64,000 bases of DNA from positions 96,001 to 160,000 of the forward strand of contig CAXXGO010000006.1 of assembly GCA_963666835.2 (NCBI GenBank), written 5' to 3'. Below, piece by piece: positions 9,807-20,600 of the stretch. Made by a program: the position numbers and the translations under genes. How positions within the stretch are numbered: position 1 is the stretch's first letter; each line of letters begins with the position of its first letter. The DNA comes from Phycisphaerae bacterium. GTDB taxonomy: Bacteria; Planctomycetota; Phycisphaerae; UBA1845. Under the pieces are notes generated by a model, which made no database searches, was not told the origin of the DNA, and saw only the letters and a program-made list of their open reading frames with translations.

Positions 9807-12362
9807 TCATACGGAATCGAGGCCACCGCTCTGGTCCTTGCGGGGAAGACGAATTCGGAAACTCGCCCCGGGACCCTCGGTGTCGACCAGGTCCAGCGTT
9901 CCCCCGTGCCGCTCGATGATTTGCCTGCATATGGCGAGCCCTAGTCCAGTACCTTTGGCCTTAGTGCTGAACAGCGGCTCGAAGACGCGATCGCGAATCT
10001 CGGGGGCGACACCTTCTCCGGTATCTCGAACCGTAATCTCATCATAGCGGGTTCCGTGCGTTGCCGCTACGGAAATAATACCGGTCTCAGCTATTGCCTG
10101 GCGAGCATTTCGGAACAGATTGGCCAGCGCCTGGCCGAGATGGGCCGGGTCGGCCAGAACGAGGAACGGTCGACACTCCAGGTCGAGGCGTTGTTCCACG
10201 GCGTTGGGGACGTTGGCCCGATCCCACGCGGTTTTGACGACGCCGTCGAGCTCGATCTCGGCGGCAAGAGGCTCGGACCCGCGCGACATCTCGAGCAGGT
10301 CGCGGATGATCCCGTCCGCCGTGTTTATTTCACACTCGATGATCCGCAGGTGTTCGGACAGGTCCGGTCGTCCACCGCCCACTTCGCCGCGGAGGAAGTA
10401 CGCGGCGTTTCGCACCGCGCCGAGCGGGTTTCGCAGTTCGTGGGCGACGCTGCCGGCCAACTGTCCGAGCGTCGCCAGCCGCGTAGTGCGGATGAGCCGA
10501 TCCCGGGTCTTGGCCAGTTCATCTTCGACCAGCTTCTTCTCATGTTGTTGCCGTTCGATCAGCTTTCGCTGAGCGGCTTGACTCGCCGCTTCCGCCTTGC
10601 GCCGAGCGGTCACGTCGCTCATCGTTCCGAGCATTCGGTAGGCCCGGCCGCGCTCATCGGGCAGGAACACTCCATGTTCCTCGATGTCCATGTAAGTTCC
10701 GTTCTTGCGTCTGAAGCGGTATTCTACGTCATAGGTGCCGCATTCGTTCATGGCCTTGTCAAGTAGTGACACGGTAGCGTCACGATCACTCGGATGAACC
10801 ATCGCGGTCCAGCGGACAATATCGACCTCGCGAAACTCCTCCGCGGTGTATCCGGTGATCAACTCGACCGCCCCCAGCCAGCTTATAGCCCCGGTTGCGG
10901 GGTTGTAGTCATACACGAGTTGACCGGTCTTCTCGGCCACCGTGCGATAGCGTTCTTCCGCCTCTCGGAGGCTCTCCTCCGCCGTTCGTCGCTCAGTGAT
11001 GTCGATGGCCGCTCCCAAGACCAGCCGGGGGCTTCCATCCTCGTTCCGACTCACCACCTTGGCCCGTGTGCCGATCCACATCCACTCGCCGTTTTCTTTC
11101 AGCAAACGGTGCTCATGAACATACAGAGGGGTCTCCCCCCGAAGATGGGCGTTGACGGCCGCGTGCATCTCCTCCCACTCGTGGGGGTGGTGCATCGCCT
11201 CGAAGTCCTTCGAGGTCTTCGGTAATTCATCTTTCTGATAACCAAGAAAGCCGCGGAACCGCTCGTCTACGGTGATCCGATCCGTGTTGAGATCCCACGT
11301 CCATACCGCGGCGTTGGCTACTTCCAGAGCCTGCGAGAGCAGCTCTTCATTCTCCCGCAATCCCTGTTCTATTCGTTTGCGCTCGGTGATGTCACGGGTG
11401 AAGACGGCAACTTTGTCTACAATTCCGCTGTCGTTCCAGATGGGGAATATTCCGCAATCGTCCCAGATTCCATCGCGCGCGTCCTCGTCGCGAACGCTCC
11501 GGCCCGTCTCGAAGACCTGCATGATCGATTCCCGGCGCCGTTTTGCCGTCGAATCGGGTAGATATCGCCATACTTGGTGCCCCGGCATTTCACCCCGGTT
11601 CCGGTTGAAGCGAAGGGCACAGGCCTCGTTTAGATCCAGGATTGTGCCGTCGCGATCCAGTAGCACGACGGCGTCGGTGGTGGCGTCGAGCAACGCCCGG
11701 ATCATGGTCTCGCGTTCTCTGGTCGTCGCCTCGTTTCGCTCTCGCTGGATGGCGAGCCGGCGGAGAGTCAATTGGGTGTGCATCCGGGCCAGAAGCTCGT
11801 CCTTCGAAAAGGGCTTGGCCAGGTAGTCATTCGCCCCCGCTTCCAACCCCTCCACAACGTCCTCGACGCGGTCCTTCGCGGTCAATAGGATTACCGGCAG
11901 CATGTCCGGGGAATATGCTTGTCGAAGACGGCGGCAGACTTCGTATCCGGACATTCCCGGCATCATTACATCGAGAAGTACCAGATCGAACGGCGCAGCG
12001 GCGGCGGCGGCCTGTTCCACCGCGTCGAGTGCCTCGGCGCCATTGCAGGCCTGTGTCACTTGGCGCTTCTCGGAGGACAGGTGGGCCGCGAGAACCTGTA
12101 AAGCGAGCGGTTCATCGTCTACCGCCAGGATGCGGGCTGGATCTTCGCCAGGGTCCGCCGCGTGATGTGTGATTTCCCGGCGGGCTCCGGGTGAGCCCGG
12201 CCGGGCCACGGGTCTGCTCGGCGAATCGACGAAAGCGGCAGTCTCGCTTTCCGAGCCCGATACCGGCTGACCGCAAAGCGCCTCCAATTCAGCGACACGG
12301 CTGCGGCACTTCTCCAGTTCTTCGAGTATCTGAGCCCTGGTCCTTCTTGGCTCTTCTGCCAT
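9807..12362 (-). CDS. Cytoplasmic histidine kinase (REC-PAS-PAS-PAS-HisKA-HATPase)
   Basis: AVDDE...LDVMMP...KPF receiver; three PAS/PAC domains; VAHELRNPL; DTGEG, FSTK, GTGLGL. Confidence 0.93.
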   Translation of the reverse strand: MAEEPRRTRAQILEELEKCRSRVAELEALCGQPVSGSESETAAFVDSPSRPVARPGSPGARREITHHAADPGEDPARILAVDDEPLALQVLAAHLSSEKRQVTQACNGAEALDAVEQAAAAAAPFDLVLLDVMMPGMSGYEVCRRLRQAYSPDMLPVILLTAKDRVEDVVEGLEAGANDYLAKPFSKDELLARMHTQLTLRRLAIQRERNEATTRERETMIRALLDATTDAVVLLDRDGTILDLNEACALRFNRNRGEMPGHQVWRYLPDSTAKRRRESIMQVFETGRSVRDEDARDGIWDDCGIFPIWNDSGIVDKVAVFTRDITERKRIEQGLRENEELLSQALEVANAAVWTWDLNTDRITVDERFRGFLGYQKDELPKTSKDFEAMHHPHEWEEMHAAVNAHLRGETPLYVHEHRLLKENGEWMWIGTRAKVVSRNEDGSPRLVLGAAIDITERRTAEESLREAEERYRTVAEKTGQLVYDYNPATGAISWLGAVELITGYTAEEFREVDIVRWTAMVHPSDRDATVSLLDKAMNECGTYDVEYRFRRKNGTYMDIEEHGVFLPDERGRAYRMLGTMSDVTARRKAEAASQAAQRKLIERQQHEKKLVEDELAKTRDRLIRTTRLATLGQLAGSVAHELRNPLGAVRNAAYFLRGEVGGGRPDLSEHLRIIECEINTADGIIRDLLEMSRGSEPLAAEIELDGVVKTAWDRANVPNAVEQRLDLECRPFLVLADPAHLGQALANLFRNARQAIAETGIISVAATHGTRYDEITVRDTGEGVAPEIRDRVFEPLFSTKAKGTGLGLAICRQIIERHGGTLDLVDTEGPGASFRIRLPRKDQSGGLDSV

Positions 12363-12556
12363 AGTCCGTCCTCACTTGTCGAAATACGCCAGACCAGATC
12401 CGAGAGACGGGCAACTTCGTCGAGTCGCTCCCCGAAGCCCGACCGATTGTCCCGCACCGGATAAGGGGACGCAATCACCCGATAGGGGGACACCTGGATA
12501 GGTCACTTCGGCCCCGCACAGACCGCGAGCCGGAGAATCGGATCGTCGGTGCTTCT

Positions 12557-14047
12557 TCAGGGGTTATCGAAAGAGAGCTGGAAAGTACTGAGGTCGACAA
12601 GGTCCACGTCGCCGTCGGCATCCAGGTCGGCGAGTTCGCAGCAGCAACCGGAGTATAGACAGGGGTCGCAGACTTCAGTTGGGCAGGGTTCGGTTAAGCA
12701 CGCGGACAGCCGTTCGAAATCACCCAGACCCGCCATCCCGTCTCCATCGAGGTTTCCTCTCGCTACCGAGAAGACATGCACGGCACCCGTAATGGTCCCC
12801 ATCAGTTCGGGAGTATGCCGGTGAGCACCAATGGCCAGAACACCGTTGCTCATCGACACGCTGCCGAACGTGTCCAAACTCGAGGTGTTCGCGGCCACGA
12901 ACTCCGTATCCTGGATCCAATCATCGTCGTCGATCTGCGGGGTGCCGTTGTCCATCCGGCGAAAGAGGTAGGCCGAACCGGAATCCAATCCCGCTCGGTC
13001 GTCTCGGAGCGATCCGATCAGGATGAGGTCGCCGTCGATGACCAGGCTCGCTCCGAATTCGTCTGCGAAGAGCCCGCCCTCCGGGACGAGCTTGACCGGT
13101 GTAGACCAGGTGCTTCCGGTTTCGTGATAGACGTAGGCCGCGCCCGAATGAACGTACTCCGCTCCGCCGTTGAGGGAGCCCACCACGATCTCAGCTTCCT
13201 GCAAGGCTACCGCTATGCCTAACTGGTCGTCCTGTTCGGCATCCGGCGCGATCAGCTTCTGGTTTGTGAACCAGATCTCTGCGCTGCGGCGATAAACGTA
13301 AGCCGCGCCGGCGCTGATTCCCTCCCGGCTTTCGAGCGGGGCTCCGACAACCAGGACGTCTCCCTCGATGGCGACGGAGTGCCCGAAACTGCTGCGTCCC
13401 ATGGAGTCCCAGGCGATGAGAATGTCTGTCTCAGACCAAATTCCGTTTTCTCGGTGATAGACATAGGCGCGGCTCTGCCCCGGCGCGCCCACCAACGCCG
13501 TGTCGCCGGCGATGTCCACGGACGTGCCGAAACGGGACAGTTCCATCGTGGACGAACCGTGTAACACGGCCTGCTCGGTCCACCGGTCATCGGCCGGGTC
13601 GTCAGGGGTGTTGTTGTCGTCCCTGACGAAGACGAATGCAACTCCTACCGCTTCACTGCCGGTGACGTCCTTGTCCGGCGCTCCTACTATCGCGGTGTCC
13701 CCGTCCAAGGCGACCGACCAGCCTAGTTGATCCTCGCGGACATTGTCGGAGACCTCTAGCTTCTCGAGCGTAACCCACTCACCGGCGATGAGCTGGTGAA
13801 CGTATGCGGAGCCGGAATCGCAGTCGGTCCCCCTGCGCGGACAGCCGTCATCGTCAAACGGGGATCCGGCGATGATGGTACACCCGTCGATTGCCACGGA
13901 CCAACCGTACCCGTCTCCGCCGCCGGCGTCGTCCGGAACGACCGTGCTCAGCTCACATTGGGCTTGGGACCGCGTGGTTGGCAACGCGCACATCGTCCCC
14001 ACGAGGACGACGAGCCTAACAAGCGATAAGCCACGACCGATGGACAC
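12557..14047 (-). CDS. Secreted FG-GAP repeat beta-propeller protein with dockerin-like C-terminus
   Basis: Signal peptide; about 7 repeats of (F/L)GxSVAxxGDxxxVGAP...G.AYV; paired Ca-binding loops GNLDGDG...DF and DLDADGDVDLVDL. Confidence 0.88.
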   Translation of the reverse strand: MSIGRGLSLVRLVVLVGTMCALPTTRSQAQCELSTVVPDDAGGGDGYGWSVAIDGCTIIAGSPFDDDGCPRRGTDCDSGSAYVHQLIAGEWVTLEKLEVSDNVREDQLGWSVALDGDTAIVGAPDKDVTGSEAVGVAFVFVRDDNNTPDDPADDRWTEQAVLHGSSTMELSRFGTSVDIAGDTALVGAPGQSRAYVYHRENGIWSETDILIAWDSMGRSSFGHSVAIEGDVLVVGAPLESREGISAGAAYVYRRSAEIWFTNQKLIAPDAEQDDQLGIAVALQEAEIVVGSLNGGAEYVHSGAAYVYHETGSTWSTPVKLVPEGGLFADEFGASLVIDGDLILIGSLRDDRAGLDSGSAYLFRRMDNGTPQIDDDDWIQDTEFVAANTSSLDTFGSVSMSNGVLAIGAHRHTPELMGTITGAVHVFSVARGNLDGDGMAGLGDFERLSACLTEPCPTEVCDPCLYSGCCCELADLDADGDVDLVDLSTFQLSFDNP

Positions 14048-14346
14048 ACGAACACCCGACAGGACGCCACGCCCTGAGAACGAGAACCCGCACGGATAAC
14101 AGTATCAGTATAGCGTAACTCATCGAGCCGAACCACGAGAAACGAGGGCAGAGGCCGATAACGACGACAATTTCAGACACGGTGCAACCGAGAAGACCTA
14201 TCGTCCTATAATATAGGCAAGAGTCGGCAGTGCGTCCTTCGCCCTGAGTCATATCACAGTGGAGAGAGGGCTCCGCATCCAGGAGGCCGTTACGGGGCAC
14301 GCACTGCGCACCAGGCGAAGGGTGGGGAATTGACTGTGTAGCTCTC

Positions 14347-14376
14347 GTAGGGCACAGTCGAGGTACGAGACCTGCC
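14347..14376 (+). repeat. REP-A copy (GTAG-first orientation)
   Basis: GTAGGGCACAGTCGAGGTACGAGACCTGCC; inverted partner at 14975-15004. Confidence 0.9.
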
Positions 14377-14514
14377 GCAAAGGCGCGAATTCCGAAAAGA
14401 CCGATTGCGGTACGCGAGCTACTCTCGGTTCTTCATCCGTCCCCCACTCATTCCGGTGGGGAATCAACATGACTGTTCCATTCCGGCAAACGCCGGAATG
14501 GGCGGGGCACGCGG

Positions 14515-14853
14515 CTACGGCTTCGCCTTGTACCGGTCGGCGTCGGCGAACATGTCAATCGCCCGAAAGTGCGTCAGGAAGGTGGCACCATGTTCAACGC
14601 CGGCGGGAATGTGATACGTATCGCCTTTGCGGTAGATCTGCGTCCGGCCGCCGATGGTCAGCTCCATCTCCCCTTCGATCACCACGCCCCATTGCTCCCC
14701 GTGGGTGTGCGGCGTTACCGCTCCGATCGGGTCGATGTCCAGAAACACCAACTGGTGGCTCGCCGCCTGAGACAGCCACCCCCGCACCCCGGGGAACGGA
14801 ATATCCGCCTGCGGTAAACCGGTGACCATCTCTGGATAGGTGCCATCAGCCAT
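14515..14853 (-). CDS. Cupin domain protein
   Basis: PHTHGEQWG and IPAGVEH cupin motifs; GGGAG RBS 8 nt before ATG 14853. Confidence 0.9.
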   Translation of the reverse strand: MADGTYPEMVTGLPQADIPFPGVRGWLSQAASHQLVFLDIDPIGAVTPHTHGEQWGVVIEGEMELTIGGRTQIYRKGDTYHIPAGVEHGATFLTHFRAIDMFADADRYKAKP

Positions 14854-14974
14854 AATCGTCACTCCCGTTGGCCGTGCCGGCCACGCCTCCGAACGCGGCC
14901 GTGATTCTCCAGGGAACTGTAATCCGAAACCGACGTACCGGGCAATGGCAGAGCTTATACGTGCAGACGGCTAC

Positions 14975-15004
14975 GGCAGGTCTCGTGCCTCGACCGTGCC
15001 CTAC
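14975..15004 (-). repeat. REP-A copy
   Basis: GGCAGGTCTCGTGCCTCGACCGTGCCCTAC on the + strand. Confidence 0.9.
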
Positions 15005-15047
15005 CTTTGTTGCCGGCGTTGTGCGAGACGGATTTTCAGGCGAGGGG

Positions 15048-16571
15048 CTACGGCGAGTCGAGCGAGCTTTGAAACGCGGCGAAATCGGCGAGGTCGACAT
15101 CTTCGTCATCGTCGTGATCGAAGGTACACCAGCACACCGACTCGTCCGCGCCGCCCGCCGAGTCCAGGCAGTCAACCAGACCGACGTAATCCTCTAACCG
15201 GAGCACACCGTCGGCGTCGAAGTCGCCGGTGCTCTGAACGGTGTCCGACTCGTACGCTCCGCGATCCACGCGGCAGCCTTGCAGCCGCGGCGCGCCGGCC
15301 ACATCCGTAGCGTCCGGGTCGTCGGGCACTTCAGATGGATCGCCCGTATTGATCGCCGCGGATCCAATCCCGAGCCGCAAGTCGTCGTCGGCCGTGCCGA
15401 CCACCGCGTCGGGACCGGCCGCGTCTACGAACAGAGGATCACCCCCGCCCGACCCGGTTCCTGTAAACGCACCGGAAAAACCCTGTATCAGGCTGTAATC
15501 AACGACCACCCCCCCGGTATCAAAGTTGATCTGGGCCAGCTCGTCCGTGCCGCGGCTGTCGAAATTGCCCCAGAGGATGCAGTTTATCAGGGTCGGCGAG
15601 TCGTCGGCGTCCAGCACGTTCCAGATTCCCCCGGAAGTATCCGTGGCCGTGTTGCCGGCAATCGTGCAGTTGGTCAACGTCGGATTACCGTTTACGTAAT
15701 TCCCCATCGCCGCTCCGAACGGAGCGATGTTGCCGCTGAATACACAGTCCGTGAATGTCACGTCGGTGGCGGTATTATAGACCCCGGCCGCCTTGCCGGT
15801 GGCGATGTTGCCGCGGATGATGCAGTTCGTGAATATCGGATTGCCTAGGTAGTTGTAATTGAATACTCCGGCACCGCGGTCCTTAAGCGCGGTGTGAACG
15901 TCAGCGAAACCACCCGTAATCGTGCATCCGTCGACGATGGCCGTGTTGTCTACCTCGTAAGCGGTGATAACATGATGGCTGTTATCGCAGGTATTCCCGC
16001 AGGTCGAACAGCAGAGCATGGCCGCCAGGGCGACGCATTGTTCGTCCCATTCTTCGCTGCAACAGGAAGGTCGCGGGAACGGCCGGTCCGTACCAGCCCC
16101 GCCCTCGACGCAGACCAGTGTTTCGCACGTAGCACTATCGCAGCCGGCGGTGTCGTGCGCATTGCAGCAGGTACTTGTCGGTGCGGGGTCATCGTTGAGA
16201 AGAAGGTCACCGCTGAGGATAGTCTCGTAGGCAATGAAATCGCGGGCGTCCGGGTCGCCTGCCCCGCAACCGGCATATCCGCCCCGTATCGCGACGCGGT
16301 CTTGCAGCTTGAAGGTCTTGAGCCGTCCGTTCCCAAGCGTGGGGATGTAGACCCCGTCGGCCACTCGAATCTCGGTATCGGCTTCCGAGTCGGCCGCGTC
16401 CAGGGCTTCCTGGATAGTGTGATACGCCCAGCACCAACTCTGCCCGGTGTACGGGTACGTCGCGTTGCGATCCACGTAGATGATCTCGGTCTCCGCGCGG
16501 CTCGCGCCGGCGGTCAGCAACAGCCCCAGCGCGCAAGTTAGCACCGTGATATTGAATCGAAACGGACGCAA
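15048..16571 (-). CDS. Secreted right-handed parallel beta-helix protein with Cys-rich insert and dockerin-like tail
   Basis: Signal peptide; TIQEALDAA..IRVADGVY, repeated NCxxxGN rungs, DPLFVD...DDLRL...AINTGD, VDRGAYE; GDFDADG and DHDDDEDVDLADFAAFQ. Confidence 0.85.
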   Translation of the reverse strand: MRPFRFNITVLTCALGLLLTAGASRAETEIIYVDRNATYPYTGQSWCWAYHTIQEALDAADSEADTEIRVADGVYIPTLGNGRLKTFKLQDRVAIRGGYAGCGAGDPDARDFIAYETILSGDLLLNDDPAPTSTCCNAHDTAGCDSATCETLVCVEGGAGTDRPFPRPSCCSEEWDEQCVALAAMLCCSTCGNTCDNSHHVITAYEVDNTAIVDGCTITGGFADVHTALKDRGAGVFNYNYLGNPIFTNCIIRGNIATGKAAGVYNTATDVTFTDCVFSGNIAPFGAAMGNYVNGNPTLTNCTIAGNTATDTSGGIWNVLDADDSPTLINCILWGNFDSRGTDELAQINFDTGGVVVDYSLIQGFSGAFTGTGSGGGDPLFVDAAGPDAVVGTADDDLRLGIGSAAINTGDPSEVPDDPDATDVAGAPRLQGCRVDRGAYESDTVQSTGDFDADGVLRLEDYVGLVDCLDSAGGADESVCWCTFDHDDDEDVDLADFAAFQSSLDSP

Positions 16572-16942
16572 GATGAACGTCTCCCCTCCCAGTCTATTGG
16601 TGCATCGCTACACGTAGAGGCTCGGGGCGAATCCACACCATTCCCCAGTCCTGCACCGCTCAAGAGCAGTGGCACACCCGAGAGCCTCGGTGTTACGTAG
16701 CACTAGATGGCCGCCCGCTGAAAAACCGTGAACAATGCCACCGGACGATTATAGTGGCGGGTTTGCCGCGAATAAACGCCGGAAGCGTTATCGAGCGTCA
16801 TTCCCCAATCGCAAGCCGCATGACCGGACATTGACCTGACGATAACCTTCCGGGAGACCGACTCCGGCGAGCAAGGCAACGGGGTCGGCCGGTCTGGAGT
16901 TATCGGTCCATTGTCGCAACGGATGCTACGGAGTCTCATAAC

Positions 16943-17327
16943 ATGGGCGCGGCGATATCGATGACGGCGCGGTGTGCGGTGCTGGTGCTCGGCATTGTCC
17001 TGATCGGGGGCTGCTACTCGATCAACCCGGATCTAATCGATTACGACGGGGACGGAGTGCCGGACGTCAGCGACGCGTTTCCTGCTGACCCCACCGAGCA
17101 CACCGATAGCGATGACGACGGAGTGGGGGGACAACGCCGACGCCTACCCGTTGGACCCGGATCGAACCACGGCCGAATCCAATCCGGATGACGATGACGC
17201 CGACGAGACTGCCGACAATGACGAGGATTCAGTCGACGATGAAGGAGAGGAGCCGGCCGACGACGATGCGGAGGAACCGGCCGATTCTGACTCATCCGAG
17301 GACGAAGACGGCGGCGGGCGGAGATAA
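16943..17327 (+). pseudogene. Small acidic lipoprotein with thrombospondin type-3-like DxDxDG repeats, split by a +1 frameshift in a G6 run
   Basis: Lipobox LIGGC and DYDGDGVPDVSDAFPADP. Removing one G from 17125-17130 restores DSDDDGVGDNADAYPLDP and joins ORFs 16943-17191 and 17112-17327. Confidence 0.8.
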
Positions 17328-17697
17328 GCCTCTCGGCGGCAACTCGGCCCCCGGTGCCGTGGGGAATGCGGATGATGCTGTATCGCCTCTGTGGGGAACG
17401 GAATAGCCGCAAGACTGCTGGTCGGCGGAGCCGCGATCCACCGGCCGTACCGCCTCAAGCACCCGAACGTCACCCCTTCATTCTTTGCAGTTCGACATTT
17501 AGACCTTTGGTCTGACTGGCCAAGCTGCTATGATGGCGCTTTAGTAGTCCGTTGAGGTAGGGGGCGGACACCTCACCGAAGGTGATTGTTGGCACGGGCA
17601 GCGCGAATCTGCTCGGAACCGGTCTCCTCTCTCAACGGTGTTCTGAGCCGTTCGATCGCAGGGGTCGGGGCTCGCCATTGACTGAAAGGGACGCAAC

Positions 17698-20600
17698 ATG
17701 TTAGCGAAGCGCGGCTTGCTCCTGTGGAGCGCGGCGGTGATCTTGGGCATTGGTCTGGGCACAGCCGGACTGACTCCGGTGGATTCCGCAACGGCAATTG
17801 AACCTGAAGATGCGGCCTTCGCCGCGAAACTCCATCCGGCGCTGCTGACTCGCTTGGCCGAGGAAGGCGAAGAGGTAAAGGCCTGGATCTTCTTCGCCGA
17901 CAAGGGCACTACCTCTCCGGACGAGTACGCCCAAGCTATCGACAAGGTCGCGGCGGAGTACAACCCCCGCGCGGTTCAGCGCCGCCGATTGCGCGGCACG
18001 GCCGCCCGCGGCGGAGCCCTATTCACTCAACATGATCTGCCGGTAGTTCGCGAGTACGTCGAAGCCGTCAAAGCCACCGGAGCGCGGGTCCACGTTACCA
18101 GCCGCTGGATAAACGCGGTCAGCGCATACGCTACGCGCGACCAACTGGATGAAGTTGCGAAGCTGTCGTTTGTGACCAAGCTGCAGCCGGTCGCTCGGGC
18201 GGCGCGGGTTCTTCCTCCGGACCAGGACCAAACCGCCAAGGAAAAGCCTCTGCTTCCGCCGTCCTCGCCGCGCGGGGACAGCCGGGTCGATTACGGCGCT
18301 TCCCAGGCTCAACTTGCCCAGATGAACCTGATTGCGCTGCACGAGCAGGGCTTCACCGGTGACGGCGTGATCATCGGCATGCTGGACAGCGGTTTCAAGA
18401 CTACCCATGAAGCCTACAACGACCCACTGCATCCGCTGAACGTGATCGCCTCCTACGATTTCGTCAACGACGATCCCAACGTGGGTCCGGAAGCGGGTGA
18501 CCCGTCAACGCAGCACAACCACGGCACCCAGACGCTCAGTTGCATCGGCGCCTACAAGGTGGGCAGCTTGGTCGGTGGGGCCTACGACGCCTCGTTCGTA
18601 CTGGCTAAGACCGAAGACACGTCCGACGAGTACCCGGCGGAAGAGGATAACTATGTGGCCGGGCTCGAGTTCATAGAGGAACACGGCGCTGACATGGAGA
18701 CGTCATCACTCGGTTACATTGACTGGTATACGCAGGATGACCTGGACGGGCTGACGGCCGTGACCACGATCGCCGTGAACATCTCGACTTCGCTCGGGAT
18801 CCATCACTGCAACTCGGCCGGAAACGAGTATCACGATTCGGACCCGAGCACGTCCAGCATTATCGCCCCGTCCGACGGCTTCGACGTCATCGCCGTCGGA
18901 GCGGTGACCAGCTCGGGCAGTATCTCTTACTTCAGCTCCGACGGTCCCACGGCCGACGGGCGGGTCAAGCCGGAGGTGCTCGCCCTGGGCAGCGGGGCCG
19001 CTACGGTCTCGCCGAGCAGCGATACGGGCTACACCAGCGCCGATGGTACTTCTTTCTCCGCTCCGCTGGTCGCCGCGGCCGTGGGGTGCCTGGTCCAGGC
19101 CAATCCGCATTGGACGGTCCAGGAGATGCGGGAGCATCTTTTCTACACTTCCGACTATTACGTAGCCCACGGGACTTTCGACCCGCAGTATGTGCGCGGC
19201 TATGGGATTATCAACGCCTTCGCCGCCTGGGCCGACTGTAATCTGAACGAGATCGCCGACGAGTGCGATATTGACTGCGGCGTCGCCGGCGGGCCCTGCG
19301 ATGTGCCCGGATGTGGCGGAAGTCTCGACTGCAACCTTAACGGTGTCCCGGACGAGTGTGAGGCCGACTGCAACGACAACGGCATTCCGGATGATTGCGA
19401 CATCGCCGATTGCACGCCCGGTGATCCGCTCTGTGCGGACTGCAACGGGAACGGCATCCCCGACGAATGCGACATTCCATTCCCGCAGCAGGGGCGTGTC
19501 CTTCTCGATCGCCCGCGCTACGCCTGCGAGTCCGTGGCCGTTATTCAAGTGGACGACTGCGGATTGAACTTAGACGGCGGAGTGGTAGAGACCGTCTCGG
19601 TGACGATTACTTCGGACTCCGAGCCGGGCGGCGAGACCGTTCTGCTGACGGAGACCGGGACGGCGTCCACCGTGTTCGAGGGTTCTATCTCTTTGAGCGG
19701 AACCGATAGCGCCGGCGTGCTTCTCGTCGCGCCGGGTGATGCGGTAACCGTCAGTTATCTCGATGCCGATGACGGTCTCGGCGGCACGGATGTGGTTGTG
19801 GCAGAGAACGCCCTGGTAGACTGTGACGGGCCGATCATCTCTTTCGTGCGGACCACCGATGTCGGGCCGTATTCGGCGAACGTCGAATTCCAGGTAGACG
19901 AATCGTCCACGGCCACGGTGCGTTATGGGTTTACGTGCGGTGGTCTGAACGAGCAGGTCCCCAGTGGAGGCTTCGCCACGACATTCCAGATACCGCTCGT
20001 GGACCTGGAGAAGAACACCTTGTACTTCTTCGCCGTGGATGCCGAAGACCAGGCCGGCAACCTGACTACCGACAATGCCGGCGGGGCGTGTTACTCGTTC
20101 ACCACTACCGACATCCCCGATTTCTTCACCGAGCAGTTCACCGGCGGCTTCGACCTTGACGGCTTGACCATCAGTTTCACCCCCGACGGGTCCGGCGATT
20201 TCTATGCCGGTTGTGCCGAGGGCAATACGGGCCTGCCAACCGACCCGGCCGGTGGGACCACGCTGAGTTTCAGCCCGAGCAACGATGACGGCTACGCGGC
20301 GATCAGTTTGACGGGAGGCGCTACGGTGTCGTTATACGGCACGTCGTACTCGTCTTTGTACGTAGGAAGCAATGGGTATTTGACGTTCGGGGACAGCGAC
20401 GACGATCATAACGAGACGCTCGAGGAGCACTTCGCCATACCACGGGTTGCGGGGCTGTACAACGACCTGGACCCGTCGGACGGCGGGAGTGTGTCGTGGA
20501 AGCAGCTTGTTGATCGAGTGGCTGTAACGTGGCAGTCCGTGCCGGAGTGGAATACGAGCAACTCCAACACGTTCCAGATCGAGCTGTTCTTCGACGGCAC

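Noticed and set aside
17499..17535. Operator/promoter upstream of the S8 gene (AGACC-TTT-GGTCT, TGCTATGAT)
   Set aside because: Plausible but too short and without a good -35 to support on its own.
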